DNA from: Eledone cirrhosa
Lineage: Eukaryota
Assembly (NCBI GenBank): GCA_964016885.1
Contig: CAXHJY010001554.1
Span: 19,898 to 83,897, forward strand
Length of the DNA stretch: 64,000 nt
Direction: 5' to 3'
This document shows positions 1 to 15,759 of the stretch, in pieces. Both the position numbers and the translations under genes were made by a program. The notes beneath the pieces are model-generated. The model had not been told where the DNA came from, made no database searches, and worked only from the letters and a program-made list of their open reading frames with translations. How positions within the stretch are numbered: the first letter of the stretch is position 1; each line of letters opens with the position of its first letter.

Positions 1-228
1 ATAAATATATTTCATTATTTCTGAAGACGGCGTATATGTGTGTTTGGTATGTATATTTAATCTTGATAGTTTGTATAATTTTGTATAATTTTGTACATAG
101 ATCTGTTGAATATGCATGCCAATTCTAACACATATATATCCTAGAAACGATCGTTAAATAATGAACTTTTTTTGTTTAATATAAGGAACTGTTTCATTGT
201 TTTATTCATTATTTGTTTAATATTTTAT
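1..228 (+). mobile_element. 3' pLTR end of PLE-like family A (cut by window edge)
   Basis: Near-identical to 56605-56831 and to the reverse complement of 51053-51278; contains a hammerhead motif; ends in a TA tract. Confidence 0.75.
11..165 (+). ncRNA. Type I hammerhead ribozyme motif, family A (long stem II)
   Basis: TTCATTATTT-CTGAAGA-(116 nt, includes tatatgtgt..acacatata pairing)-GAAA-CGATCG-TT-AAATAATGAA; stem I pairs 10 bp; palindromic stem/loop III; GUU triplet. Confidence 0.7.
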
Positions 229-3468
<3,240 letters not shown>

Positions 3469-3512
3469 TACAATATTAAATAAATGGAAAACTATATTTA
3501 TAAAACCATATC

Positions 3513-3578
3513 TATTTCATTATATATATTTCGGGGATATCATATTAACAATATGCTATGCCTTCATCAGACAAAATA
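3513..3578 (-). ncRNA. Hammerhead motif, family B
   Basis: Reverse complement of 6881-6946. Confidence 0.7.
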
Positions 3579-3852
3579 CAATATAAACAGTTTTATAGAT
3601 AAATATATTCGACATACCGTAATAAACATCAACTTCATTTGAAGAGGTTTACTCTAGCAGTGAAAATACAGAGAGAAAGAAAGAGAGAAAGAAAAGAGGG
3701 AAAAACGAAAGAAAGAAAGACAAAACGAAGAGAAGGAAGAAAAAGAAGAAAAAGTTTAATTTGCCTAAACCACTCAACAACCTCTCCAGTTCCCCTCCAC
3801 AAGCTCAGGTTAGATACACAATCCAAGTTCTTAATTTGCAGTATCACCAAGA

Positions 3853-5396
3853 TTGGATTGTGTATCTAACCTGAGCTTGTGGAGGGGAACTGGAGAGGTT
3901 GTTGAGTGGTTTAGGCAAATTAAATATGACAATAATAATAGGTTTATTCAACTTGATATAGCTAACTATTATTCTTCTATTACCCCTAGTCTACTAAATA
4001 GGGCACTAAATTACGCATTCAAACATACGGACCTAACTAGCAAAGAAATGCATATTATATTATCGGCTAGGAAAACTCTGATAGAATTTAATGACAAATT
4101 ATGGACTAGAGCAGATAGAGATAGCAATTTTGACATAACTATGGGATCTTCCGACTCAGCTCAGGTAACTGACCTTGTGGGCTTATTTTTAATCAATTCG
4201 CTACATAGGAAAATACCTGGTACTACCGGAGGTTTATATAGGGATGACATGCTTTTACTTATTAATAATAATAACCCTGAACTAAATAGAAAATGTAAAC
4301 AAATTACAACATTTTTTAATTACTTTAACCTTAAAATAGAAATTGAGAACAACCATAGAATAGTCAATTTCCTAGATATAACATTAAATCTCAACACATG
4401 TCTCCACTATCCTTTTCACAAGTTGAATGAAAACTTAAACTATGTCAACTTTAACTCTAACCACCCCAGATCTGTCAAAAACACTATAGTAAACTCAGTC
4501 CAAAAACGTATCTCTAGGATCTCGTCGAATAGAAAGATTTTTGACGAAAAGGCCCAATACTATAATGAAGCACTAGCTAGGGCAGGGTATGCTGATAAGA
4601 TTGTATACATAGATAATGATAGACAAACTAAACAAAGTAACAACTTTTTTAATTACGGCAACAACATTAACAACTATAATAGAAAGCATTACAATAATTC
4701 CAAAGGACAAAAAAGAAATAGAACTAGGAACATAATTTGGTTTGCCCCCCCTTTCTCACTAAACATTAAAACCCACATCGCTAAATTATTTTTCAAAGCT
4801 CTTGATAATCGCTTCCCTAGAACACATAGGTATCACTCAATCTTCAATAGGCATACAATTAAATTAACCTACTCATCCACCAAAAATTTAGCACAAAATA
4901 TTAATAGAATAAATAATAGGAACTTAAAACCTACTGATAATAGCATAAATAATATACAAGTTAACAAATGTAACTGTAGAGATAGATCTAAATGTCCGTT
5001 AAATAACAACTGCTTAGTTAAAAATATAGTATACAATTGTAATGTTAATACTGACTCTAATTCTTTTAACTACGTCGGTTCCACATCGACGGAATTTAAA
5101 CTTCGCTATAATAACCACAAGAATTCTTTCACAGACCCAAATAAAAAATCTTCAACGGCACTATCAGGGTACTCTGGCAACTTAAGCTAGATAACGTTAG
5201 ATATTCGACGGCTTGGAATATAGTCTCAAGAGGGATTCCTTTTAATTCATCCTCTGAGACATGTGACCTCTGTGCAGAGGAGATATTCTTTATACTAAAA
5301 TCTAAAAACTCCCTTAACCTACGGACAAATTTATTCAGTTGTTGCAAACATAGATTAAACTCAACGTTTAAATATAAATTTAAATTTAAAATGTAG
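3853..5396 (+). pseudogene. PLE reverse transcriptase / GIY-YIG endonuclease, 5'-truncated, one frameshift near 5172
   Basis: Motifs LDIANYYSSI, ITMGSSDSAQ, GLYRDD, NFLDI, CNCRDRSKCPLNNNC, IVY..YVG, FKLRYNNH; after the frameshift the frame reads WQLKLD..WNIV..CDLCAEE..LNLR..CCKH to a stop. Confidence 0.9.
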
Positions 5397-6880
5397 TATA
5401 TTTAGTTTGATTTATATTTATATGAGAACTAGCCATAAATCTTTTGATTCCTAAATCTTTGATTCCCTCGTTTTACTCTTTTTATTGTTTATTTTATTTT
5501 ATTTATTTTTATTTTTATCTAAACATTCCTCATGAAAAATTAAGCTACCGTAAAAGCCGATGCTCCAAATTTTTTGAATTAACCTTACACTAGATAAACT
5601 TCTATATTAAACATAGGAACATATGTAGACATAATTGGACATCATAATCTTTTTTACGATATTCTTTGCTAGATGTGATTGATAGATAATTTTTGGCTTT
5701 GTCTTGTAGTGAACGTGGCAATATATTGTCAATTAACTTTGAAGGGTTGTTTTTTTGTGGTTTATTTTTATTTTTATTTTTTTTATTTTTATTATTTTAG
5801 TATTGTAGTATTCTATAATATTTTATTTTTTATTTATTTATTTTTTAATATTTTTATATATTTTTATATGTAAATTTTTATATGTAAATTTTTATATGTA
5901 TATTTTTATATGTAAATTTTACTATGTAAATCTTTAATACGTAATATTTTTTAATACGTAGTATTTTTAATATGCAATATTTTTATTATGTAATATTCTT
6001 TCGTAATATTTTTAGTTTTCTATTCTATATTTTTACTTATTATTATGTTTATAATATAATATATATTTTCGATTAGTATATTGAAATCTGCTCTCTATTT
6101 CTGCTTGATAGATAATCTTGTAGAGTAATCGCAAGAATAATAATACGCTCAAATTTTTATACCACGTTGAGAATGTTTTTCCGATAACAGAGTTTGCGGA
6201 GTGAATCAGTTGGATTCAAATTGAGATTTGTAGCTGTCACATAGACATATGAATTTTAAAACTAAACATAAGTTAATGAATTTTCACACATTGTGAATAC
6301 TTGTTTCATTCAGGAATACTGATATTTACAGTGTAGTGTAAGTTTTATAAATATATAAATACTAATACATTAAAACATAGGGTTTTCTACGCCTCGAATA
6401 TGTCTGGATATTTTAAATTTTTTTTCTCTCTCTATATCTCTCTATATCTCTCTATATATCTCCCTTACATTAATACTTGAGCTAAATAAATAAATAAATA
6501 AATAAATAAAATAAATGTATCATTGATACACTTACTCAAAATGACCTCCCACTACCTAATTTTCTATATATATATATGTATCTATCTCTATTTCCTCTCT
6601 CTATATATATATATATCTTTCTGTCTCTTTACATGAAGCTCTTCACTTTATCTATTTTTCCATCTCTCTATTTTGTTCCATGCATTTCTTCTTTTTCTTT
6701 TTTCTTCTTTCTTCTTTTTCTTCCTTCTCTTCGTTTTGTCTTTCTTTCTTTCGTTTTTCCCTCTTTTCTTTCTCTCTTTCTTTCTCTCTGTATTTCCACT
6801 GCTAGAGTAAACCTCTTCAAATGAAGTTGATGTTTATTACGGTATGTCGAATATATTTATCTATAAAACTGTTTATATTG

Positions 6881-6946
6881 TATTTTGTCTGATGAAGGCA
6901 TAGCATATTGTTAATATGATATCCCCGAAATATATATAATGAAATA
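6881..6946 (+). ncRNA. Hammerhead motif, family B
   Basis: TATTTTGT-CTGATGA-stem II-GAAA-TATATA-TA-ATGAAATA; stem I pairs with two G-U wobbles; AUA triplet. Confidence 0.72.
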
Positions 6947-7074
6947 GATATGGTTTTATAAATATAGTTTTCCATTTATTTAATATTGTAAATATACTCC
7001 AAATATTTGTCGAGTGCTTTTATATCAGTTATAAATATTTACTAGTTGTAACCCAACAATTTTAAATATAACTT

Positions 7075-7078
<4 letters not shown>

Positions 7079-7114
<36 letters not shown>

Positions 7115-7188
7115 TATATATATACAAATATATATATATATATATAAATATATATAAATATATATATATATATAAATATATATAAAAT

Positions 7189-7255
<67 letters not shown>

Positions 7256-7260
7256 ATATA

Positions 7261-7317
<57 letters not shown>

Positions 7318-7328
7318 TTTATATATAT

Positions 7329-7373
<45 letters not shown>

Positions 7374-7625
7374 TATATATATAAATAGATATATATACAA
7401 ATATATATATATATATATATATATAAATATACATATATACAAATATATATATATAAATATATATAAATATATATAAATATATATATATATATAAATATAT
7501 ATAAATATATATATATATATATAAATATATATAAATATATATATATATATAAATATATATATATATACAAATATATATATATATATATATATATAAATAT
7601 ATATAAATATATATATATATATATA
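7079..7625. repeat. (TA)n microsatellite
   Basis: Direct reading. Confidence 0.97.
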
Positions 7626-8353
7626 GAAAGATTTGAATGGATACAGTTTAGTTGAAAGGAATTTATTGACACGTGTTTCTATAACAGTTACATAACCTAA
7701 AACAGCTATCTACAAACTTTTAGTTATGCAGACATTCAATATTTCAATGTTATTATTTACTGTCATTTCATCAGAATAATATTACTGAGGACCTATTTAG
7801 TTTTTATAGAGAATATTAGGAGGGAGGGGTGAAGTTGTTAGAAGAATAGTTGAAGGAGTGGTTTTTCGTTAGCAGTGAGAATTCTTGGTGGCAGTGAGTA
7901 ATTAGATTCCCATCTGTTGTTTTGGACGTTTTTATAGAATATATTATTGGTTATTTTTCTAAATCTATAGAAGGATTAGAGATAGTAAAGATATTGCGTG
8001 GTTGGTTTTGTGTTTGCACTTAACATTCAGACTTAAATTTTTCTTTCAAGTGTACGTATTCTTTCACCCACGCATTCACACACAAATATATTTGCACACC
8101 TCTACAAAATACATATACTCACAATTCACATATTCATACTTACATATATATACACATGCATACACATATATATACACACATGTATTCATGTACATACATA
8201 CGCGCTCATGTGTATACATTTTCATACTCAACTTATCTTTATATATACACACGTATAGACACACACATATATACATACATACTCTAGTCCATGTGTACAC
8301 ACATACACATACATACACATCCATATACACATACATACATACACATATATATT

Positions 8354-8414
<61 letters not shown>

Positions 8415-8971
8415 CACATATATACATACACACACATATATATATTATATATATAAGCACTTTAATACATGAATACACTTACATCTAACTATACACATCA
8501 AACATATATATATATTTACTTATTTATATACATTTTCACATATATATACATACTTATGGACGTTTTTTAGACACATTCATTATCGCATATTTGTACTTAT
8601 TCTCATCAGCATATCTTTTCATTATTAGTATGGTAATTTAAGGTTATTAATATATGTTGAGAAGAGATTGTTTTTATATTTTTCTAACTAGATTAAGGTT
8701 TATATAGTTGGGGGATGTCCCTCTTTTATGTAATATTCAGCTTGTAGTGGGAAAAAAAGGGTTTAGTTCTGTGACGGCAGAATAATGTTCGTTCAATTCT
8801 GTTATTCAGCAGTTTCTTCTTGTGTGTGATTATGTAATAAATCTCAAGATTACACAATTTGCAGAAATTTTGGCTCCTGGAAAAGCTTTGGGTTTTAGCT
8901 AATTTTTCCCATTTTAGGGTAAACTTTGATTGCTATCCCTGAGCGTCCAAGCTTTTTCTGCTAAAGTTGTT
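7626..8971 (-). mobile_element. 3' fragment of a PLE (GIY-YIG C-terminus, microsatellite-bearing 3' UTR, pLTR), family C
   Basis: Minus strand 8970-8760 translates, with one frameshift, [41 protein letters not shown], homologous to the C-terminus of the 3853-5396 ORF; hammerhead near the 3' end. Confidence 0.8.
7663..7779 (-). ncRNA. Hammerhead motif, family C (long stem II)
   Basis: TTATT-CTGATGA-aATGACAGT..ACTGTTATa-GAAA-CACGTG-TC-AATAA; canonical GUC triplet; palindromic stem/loop III. Confidence 0.8.
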
Positions 8972-8997
8972 ATATATATATATATATATATATATAA

Positions 8998-9028
<31 letters not shown>

Positions 9029-9180
9029 AATATATATAAATATATATATATATAAATATATATATATAAATATATATAAATATAAATATATATATATAAA
9101 TATATATAAAATATATATAAAATATATATATATAAATATATATATATATAAATATATATATATAAATATATATATATATA

Positions 9181-9214
<34 letters not shown>

Positions 9215-9293
9215 AATATATAAATATATACATATATAAATATATATATATATATAAAAATATATATATATATAAATATATATATATATAAAT

Positions 9294-9324
<31 letters not shown>

Positions 9325-9327
9325 AAT

Positions 9328-9361
<34 letters not shown>

Positions 9362-9365
9362 TATA

Positions 9366-9407
<42 letters not shown>

Positions 9408-9412
9408 AATAT

Positions 9413-9539
<127 letters not shown>

Positions 9540-9640
9540 AATATATATATATAAATATATATATATAAATATATATATAAATATATATATATTATATATA
9601 AATATATATATATATATAATATATATATATATAAATATAT

Positions 9641-9723
<83 letters not shown>

Positions 9724-9969
9724 TATAAATATATATATATAAATATATATAAATATATATAAATATAAATATATATAAATATATTAAATATTAAATATAT
9801 ATATATATATTAAATATAAATATATATATATATAAATATAATATATATAAATATATATATATATAAATATATATATATAAATATAAATATATAAATATAT
9901 ATATATATAAATTACATATATATATATATATATATATAAATATATAATATATATATATATATATAAATA

Positions 9970-10283
9970 TATTAGTGAGAAAGAACAAAGGAACTATTAT
10001 GACATATATAACAAGTTTATTGACGACAGCCGTTTCGTCCGACCATATGGTGGGACTTTTCAAGGCATATAACATGTGATTGTAAGATCATTATTTACAT
10101 CAACGTATCACGAAACGGCTGTCGGCAATAAACTTGTTATAATGTCATAATAGTTCCTCTGTTCTTTCTCACTAATATTTCTGCTCTGCGTATACACATA
10201 GAGCTTAGCTAGCTACCGTCACATATTTTGGTAGGTCAGACGTGATCATCGCGATTCACATACGACCTACCATACATCTTGCT
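9970..10283. mobile_element. Short PLE pLTR remnant with inverted arms, family D
   Basis: 9970-10037 is an inverted repeat of 10110-10178; carries hammerhead-like GAAACGGCTGTC. Confidence 0.6.
10021..10067 (-). ncRNA. Hammerhead motif with U3-A8 core, family D
   Basis: TGCC-TTGAAAA-GTCC..GGAC-GAAA-CGGCTG-TC-GTCA; the other arm has GGCA, which restores stem I. Confidence 0.6.
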
Positions 10284-10699
10284 TATATAAATATAATATA
10301 TATAAAATATATATATATCTATAAATATATAAATATATAAATATTAATATATATCTATAAATATATAAATATAAATATATATATATAATATAAATATATA
10401 TATATAAATATTTATATATAAATATAAATATATATAAATATATATATATATAAATATATATATATATAAATATATATATATATAAATATATATAAATATA
10501 TATATATATAAATATATATATATATAAATATATATATATAACTATATATATATATAAATATATATATATAAATATATATATATATAAATATATATATAAA
10601 TATAAATATATATAAATATATATATAAATATAAATATATATAAATATAAATATAAATATATATATATATAAATATATATATATATAAATATATAAATAT

Positions 10700-10747
<48 letters not shown>

Positions 10748-11269
10748 TATATATATATAAATATAATATATAAATATATATAAATATATGGAAAGGTATA
10801 TTTAAATTGTTGGGTTACAACGAGTAAATATTTATAACTAATATTTATATATATATATATATATATAAATATAAATATATATATAAATATATATATAAAT
10901 ATATATATAAATATATATATAAATATAAATATATATATAAATATATATATAAATATAAATATATATAAATATATATATAAATATATATATAAATTTAAAT
11001 ATATATAAATATATATATATAAATATATGTATATATAAATATATATATATATAAATATATATATATTATAAATAGATATATATATAAATAGATATATATA
11101 TAAATAGATCATATATATAAATATATATATATATAATATATATATATATAAATATATATATATATAAATATATATATATATAAATATATATATATATAAA
11201 TATATATATATATAAATATATATATATATAAATATATATATATATAAATATATATATATATAAATAAAT

Positions 11270-11300
<31 letters not shown>

Positions 11301-11301
11301 A

Positions 11302-11332
<31 letters not shown>

Positions 11333-11335
11333 AAT

Positions 11336-11394
<59 letters not shown>

Positions 11395-11413
11395 AATATA
11401 TATATATATAAAT

Positions 11414-11462
<49 letters not shown>

Positions 11463-11604
11463 AATATATATATAAATATATAAATATATATATAAATATA
11501 TATATATATAAATATATATATATATAAATATATATAAATATATATATTATATAAATATATATATATATAAATATAAATATATATAAATATATATATATAT
11601 AAAT

Positions 11605-11637
<33 letters not shown>

Positions 11638-11673
11638 AAATATATATATAAATATATAATATATATATATAAT

Positions 11674-11762
<89 letters not shown>

Positions 11763-12459
11763 TAAATATATATATATATAAATATATATATATATAAATA
11801 TATATATATAAATATATATATAATATAAATATATATATAATAAATATATATATATATAAAATATATATATATATAAATAAATATATATATAAATATATAT
11901 ATATATAAATATATATAAATATATATATATATATATAAATATATATATATATAATAAATATATATATATATAATATATATAAATATATATATATATATAT
12001 TATATAAATATATATATATAAATATATATATATATAAGTATATATATATAAATATATATATAAATATATATATATAAATATATATATATATAAGTATATA
12101 TATATAAATATATATATATATAAATATATATATATATAAATATATATATATATAAATATATATATATATAAATATATATATATAAATATATATAAATAAA
12201 TATATATATATAAATATATATATAATATAAATATATATATATATAAATATATATATATATAAATATATATATATAAATATTATATATATAAATATATATA
12301 TATAAATATATATATATATAAATATATAATATAATATAAATATATATAAATATATATATATATAAATATATATAAATAAATATATATATATAAATATATA
12401 TATATATAAATATATATATATATAAATATATATAAATAAATATATATAAATATATAAAT

Positions 12460-12496
<37 letters not shown>

Positions 12497-12579
12497 CATT
12501 ATATATATATATAAATATATATATAAATATATATAATATAAGAATATATATATAAATATATATATAAATATATATATAA

Positions 12580-12729
<150 letters not shown>

Positions 12730-12836
12730 TATATATATAAATATAGTAATAATATAATAAAATTGAAGACTAAAATCCAAAGAGGGCTCGATAAGGAAAA
12801 TATATATCAAATATATAAGAACCGTAGAGCAAATAT

Positions 12837-14303
12837 TTATTAAAATAACAGATTAAAGTTTAAGCAAAGAATCGCTCCTTTCACCCTTAACGGGATCTTC
12901 TGAAACTAACAAAGTCAATCTGTAAACGCAGAACTGGATATTTCAAAAAACGTTGCAACCGGAGGAAGACAGGAAGACGATACTTACGTTCGTGGTAACG
13001 TTCGCTGTCAAAGAACGGGAAAAAAACGAATAATACGTCATTAATAGGAGCGGTGAAAAACAATTACGCGCAAAGACAAAACCACGTTTATGGTATAAAA
13101 GAGGTCGTATGGGAGATCCTAGCTAGGGCTAGATCGTATAACGGAAATAAAAGACCATGTGACCTCTGTGCCGCTGAGGCCCTGGAAATACTCTACGCTA
13201 CAGACCACATCTTAAACAAAATATCTGAGGCAATTTCGGCTTGTAAACATAAATTGCACAAAACTTTCCTGTATTACAGCCCCACGTTATACCTTAACGG
13301 ATAGCAAGATCTATACGTGGATATTTTACGTCTTGATGTGGGAGCTAAGTATATGTTTTGTTTATTCCTTTACGTATTTGCATAGGTAAGTATATAATAC
13401 CCGTATGTTTTGTGAAGGTATGTATACCTTCTCGTACGTATATTTGACTGTTATAGCGTATAATTTTACATATTCTGGTATTTAGGGTTTGGCTATGTGT
13501 ATACGGGAGTTTTGCGTCCGTGTGAGTGTGCAGGTTCGTACGTATGGTGGGTGTGTGTATATGTGTACTTCTTGTTTTAGTTGACTTACGTCTCCGAACA
13601 TTCGTGTATTTATATGTAGGTATGCGTGTGCGCTTGTTATATACGTATTTATTTACTTATATACGTTTATATAATTATTTATTTATTTGTACACAAACAT
13701 ACACACGCACACATATTTATATGTGCGTGGTTTTGTATACCCATGGTAAGGTTTTGCGTATGCTTGTGTATGTACGTATCTGTTTGCGTGTATGTATTTA
13801 TTTGTTCCTATTACTTCTGTATTGTATTTATTTACTTTGTTCTTAACTCTGTAGCGGAGATTCATTTGGTCTCCTAGTTAGAATTTTAGTCTACGATTTC
13901 TGATATACCATTTACGTGGTTTTGTCTTTGCGTGCTATTGTTCTCCACGCTCCACATATGACTTATTATCTTCGTTTTTTCGTTCATTGCCAGAGAACGT
14001 CTCTATGCACCACTTAAGAGAACATTAGTCTACGACCTCTTTTATACCATAAACGTGGTTTTGTCTTTGCGCGTAATTGTTTTTCACCGCTCATATTAAT
14101 GACGTATTATTCGTTTTTTCCCGTTCTTTGCCAGCGAACGTTACCACGAACCAAAGTATCGTCTTCCTGTCTTCTTCCGGTTGCAACGTTTTTTGAAATA
14201 TCCAGTTCTGCGTTTACAGATTGACTTTGTTAGTTTCAGAAGATCCCGTTAAGGGTGAAAGCAGCGATTCTTTGCATAAACTTTAATCTGTTATTTTAAT
14301 AAA
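12837..14303 (+). mobile_element. PLE 3' fragment with inverted 5' pLTR, family E
   Basis: 12837-13109 is the reverse complement of 14031-14303; 13107-13304 encodes VWEILARARSY..CDLCAAEALEIL..ILNKISE..CKH (GIY-YIG C-terminus). Confidence 0.8.
14232..14282 (+). ncRNA. Variant hammerhead-like motif, family E (second copy 12857-12907, minus)
   Basis: Consensus of the two copies: AGTTT-CAGAAGA-TCCC-GTTAA-GGGT-GAAA-GCA..TGC-TT-AAACT; core has A at position 4 in both. Confidence 0.45.
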
Positions 14304-14332
14304 TATATATAAATATATATATATATAAATAT

Positions 14333-15000
14333 ATGTAGATAAATCTACCAAAAGTTTACGGTAGTGTCCAATCCGTATGAAGAACTCAATGTAATCCGGA
14401 TATCATGGAAAGAGAAGATGCATTCAAAAACTACTTTCGGTGAAAAATAAACGGAAAACAGAGTCAAGATAAATTAATAAAATAATGAATAAACAAAGAA
14501 ACAGTTCCTTATATTAAAAAAATTCATCATTTTACGATCGTTTCTAGGATATATATGTGTTAGAGTTGGTATGCATATTCTATAGATCTATGTACAATAT
14601 TTATACAAACTATCAGAGGGAATATACATACCTACACATATATATGCTGTCTTCAGAAATAATGATATTTGTTTATTGAAAAAAACAAAGATTCAATACA
14701 ATAGGTCTGTTTGGGAACAGGTTTTGAATTGACCAATAGAGAGATAGTGAGGGTCAAGATAGTAATATAGTAGTAGAAGAACCTTAAATTATGGGTAGAG
14801 GAAGGTAGATTTCAGTTTTGGATGGAAAAGAATATTATGAATGAAGGATTATTTTAGGGAAGAAATAGGTTTTATGCTGACCTCAGAAATAATTTTATTT
14901 GTTCATTGAATAAAACCAACAAAGATCTAATATATTCTGTCTGTTTGGTAAGAGGTTTAGAATTAACCAATAGAAAGTTAATAATTGGCCAAATGGTAAA
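14333..15000 (-). mobile_element. Diverged family A pLTR copy
   Basis: 14333-14740 aligns by eye to the reverse complement of about 56550-56966 with many substitutions; 14875-14975 is a degenerate internal duplication. Confidence 0.7.
14524..14665 (-). ncRNA. Hammerhead motif, family A subfamily (GUA triplet)
   Basis: TCATTATTT-CTGAAGA..GAAA-CGATCG-TA-AAATGATGA. Confidence 0.72.
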
Positions 15001-15232
15001 ATTGTAGTAATTGAAGCTTATTTTAGGGGTGAAAATAGGTCAGGTGGTCAGTAAAAGGTATACAAGCAGTTGCTGTTATAAAAAATGGGATCGATTGTGC
15101 ATTGGATATCGAATGCTCTACTAAATATATAATATTATAGATGTAGCGAGATCTAGGCAAATTGATGTCTATTGAAACCTACGTAAGAACCGAATAAATC
15201 TCTTTTACTGCATCTTTCTGTTCTTTTTAATT

Positions 15233-15277
<45 letters not shown>

Positions 15278-15759
15278 TAAATAGGTCTTAGGAGTTCTTG
15301 GTTAACGTAGGAGGTATTGTTTCGTTTTTAGAACGACCTTTCAGGCTGAGGTGCGCTTGTCAAACTGATGTGTATGTGGTGTGTCGTTCTATATATAGGG
15401 ATTTAACATGTCTGTGGTGTGGTGGGGGTTTTTTCTCCCCCTTTTTAATAAGTGTATGGGTGTAGGTGTGTTGAAAACTGACAAGCGCATCTCAGCGTGA
15501 AAGGTCGTTCTAAAAACGAAACAATACCTCCTACGTTAACCAAGAACTCCTAAGACCTAACTTAATTTATAAAATAATTTTTTTTAAGAAAAACTTTTTT
15601 TTTCTAATCCGGAAAAAAATTCTTTTTGGATTTTGTGAAGAAAATAAATTTGTTGAAAGCACAAGTGAAGCCATTTTTTCTTCCCCCTGTCTTAATATAC
15701 CTAACTGTACCAAGGATTACACACATTTTCCAATATTCTATCCCCTTGTACAAGACAGA

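Larger units (their letters stand above)
3469..7078 (+). mobile_element. 5'-truncated Penelope-like element (Naiad-like), family B, with inverted 5' pLTR
   Basis: RT plus GIY-YIG ORF at 3853-5396; 3469-3754 is the reverse complement of about 6706-6990; hammerheads in both pLTR copies; flanked by (TA)n. Confidence 0.88.

Noticed and set aside
3853-5396. Selenoprotein-type in-frame UGA as described for some Naiad elements
   Set aside because: No in-frame TGA in the visible ORF and no convincing SECIS seen.
8555-8615. Second hammerhead in family C (CTGATGA on minus)
   Set aside because: No GAAA (reads AAAA) and weak stem II; at best a relic.
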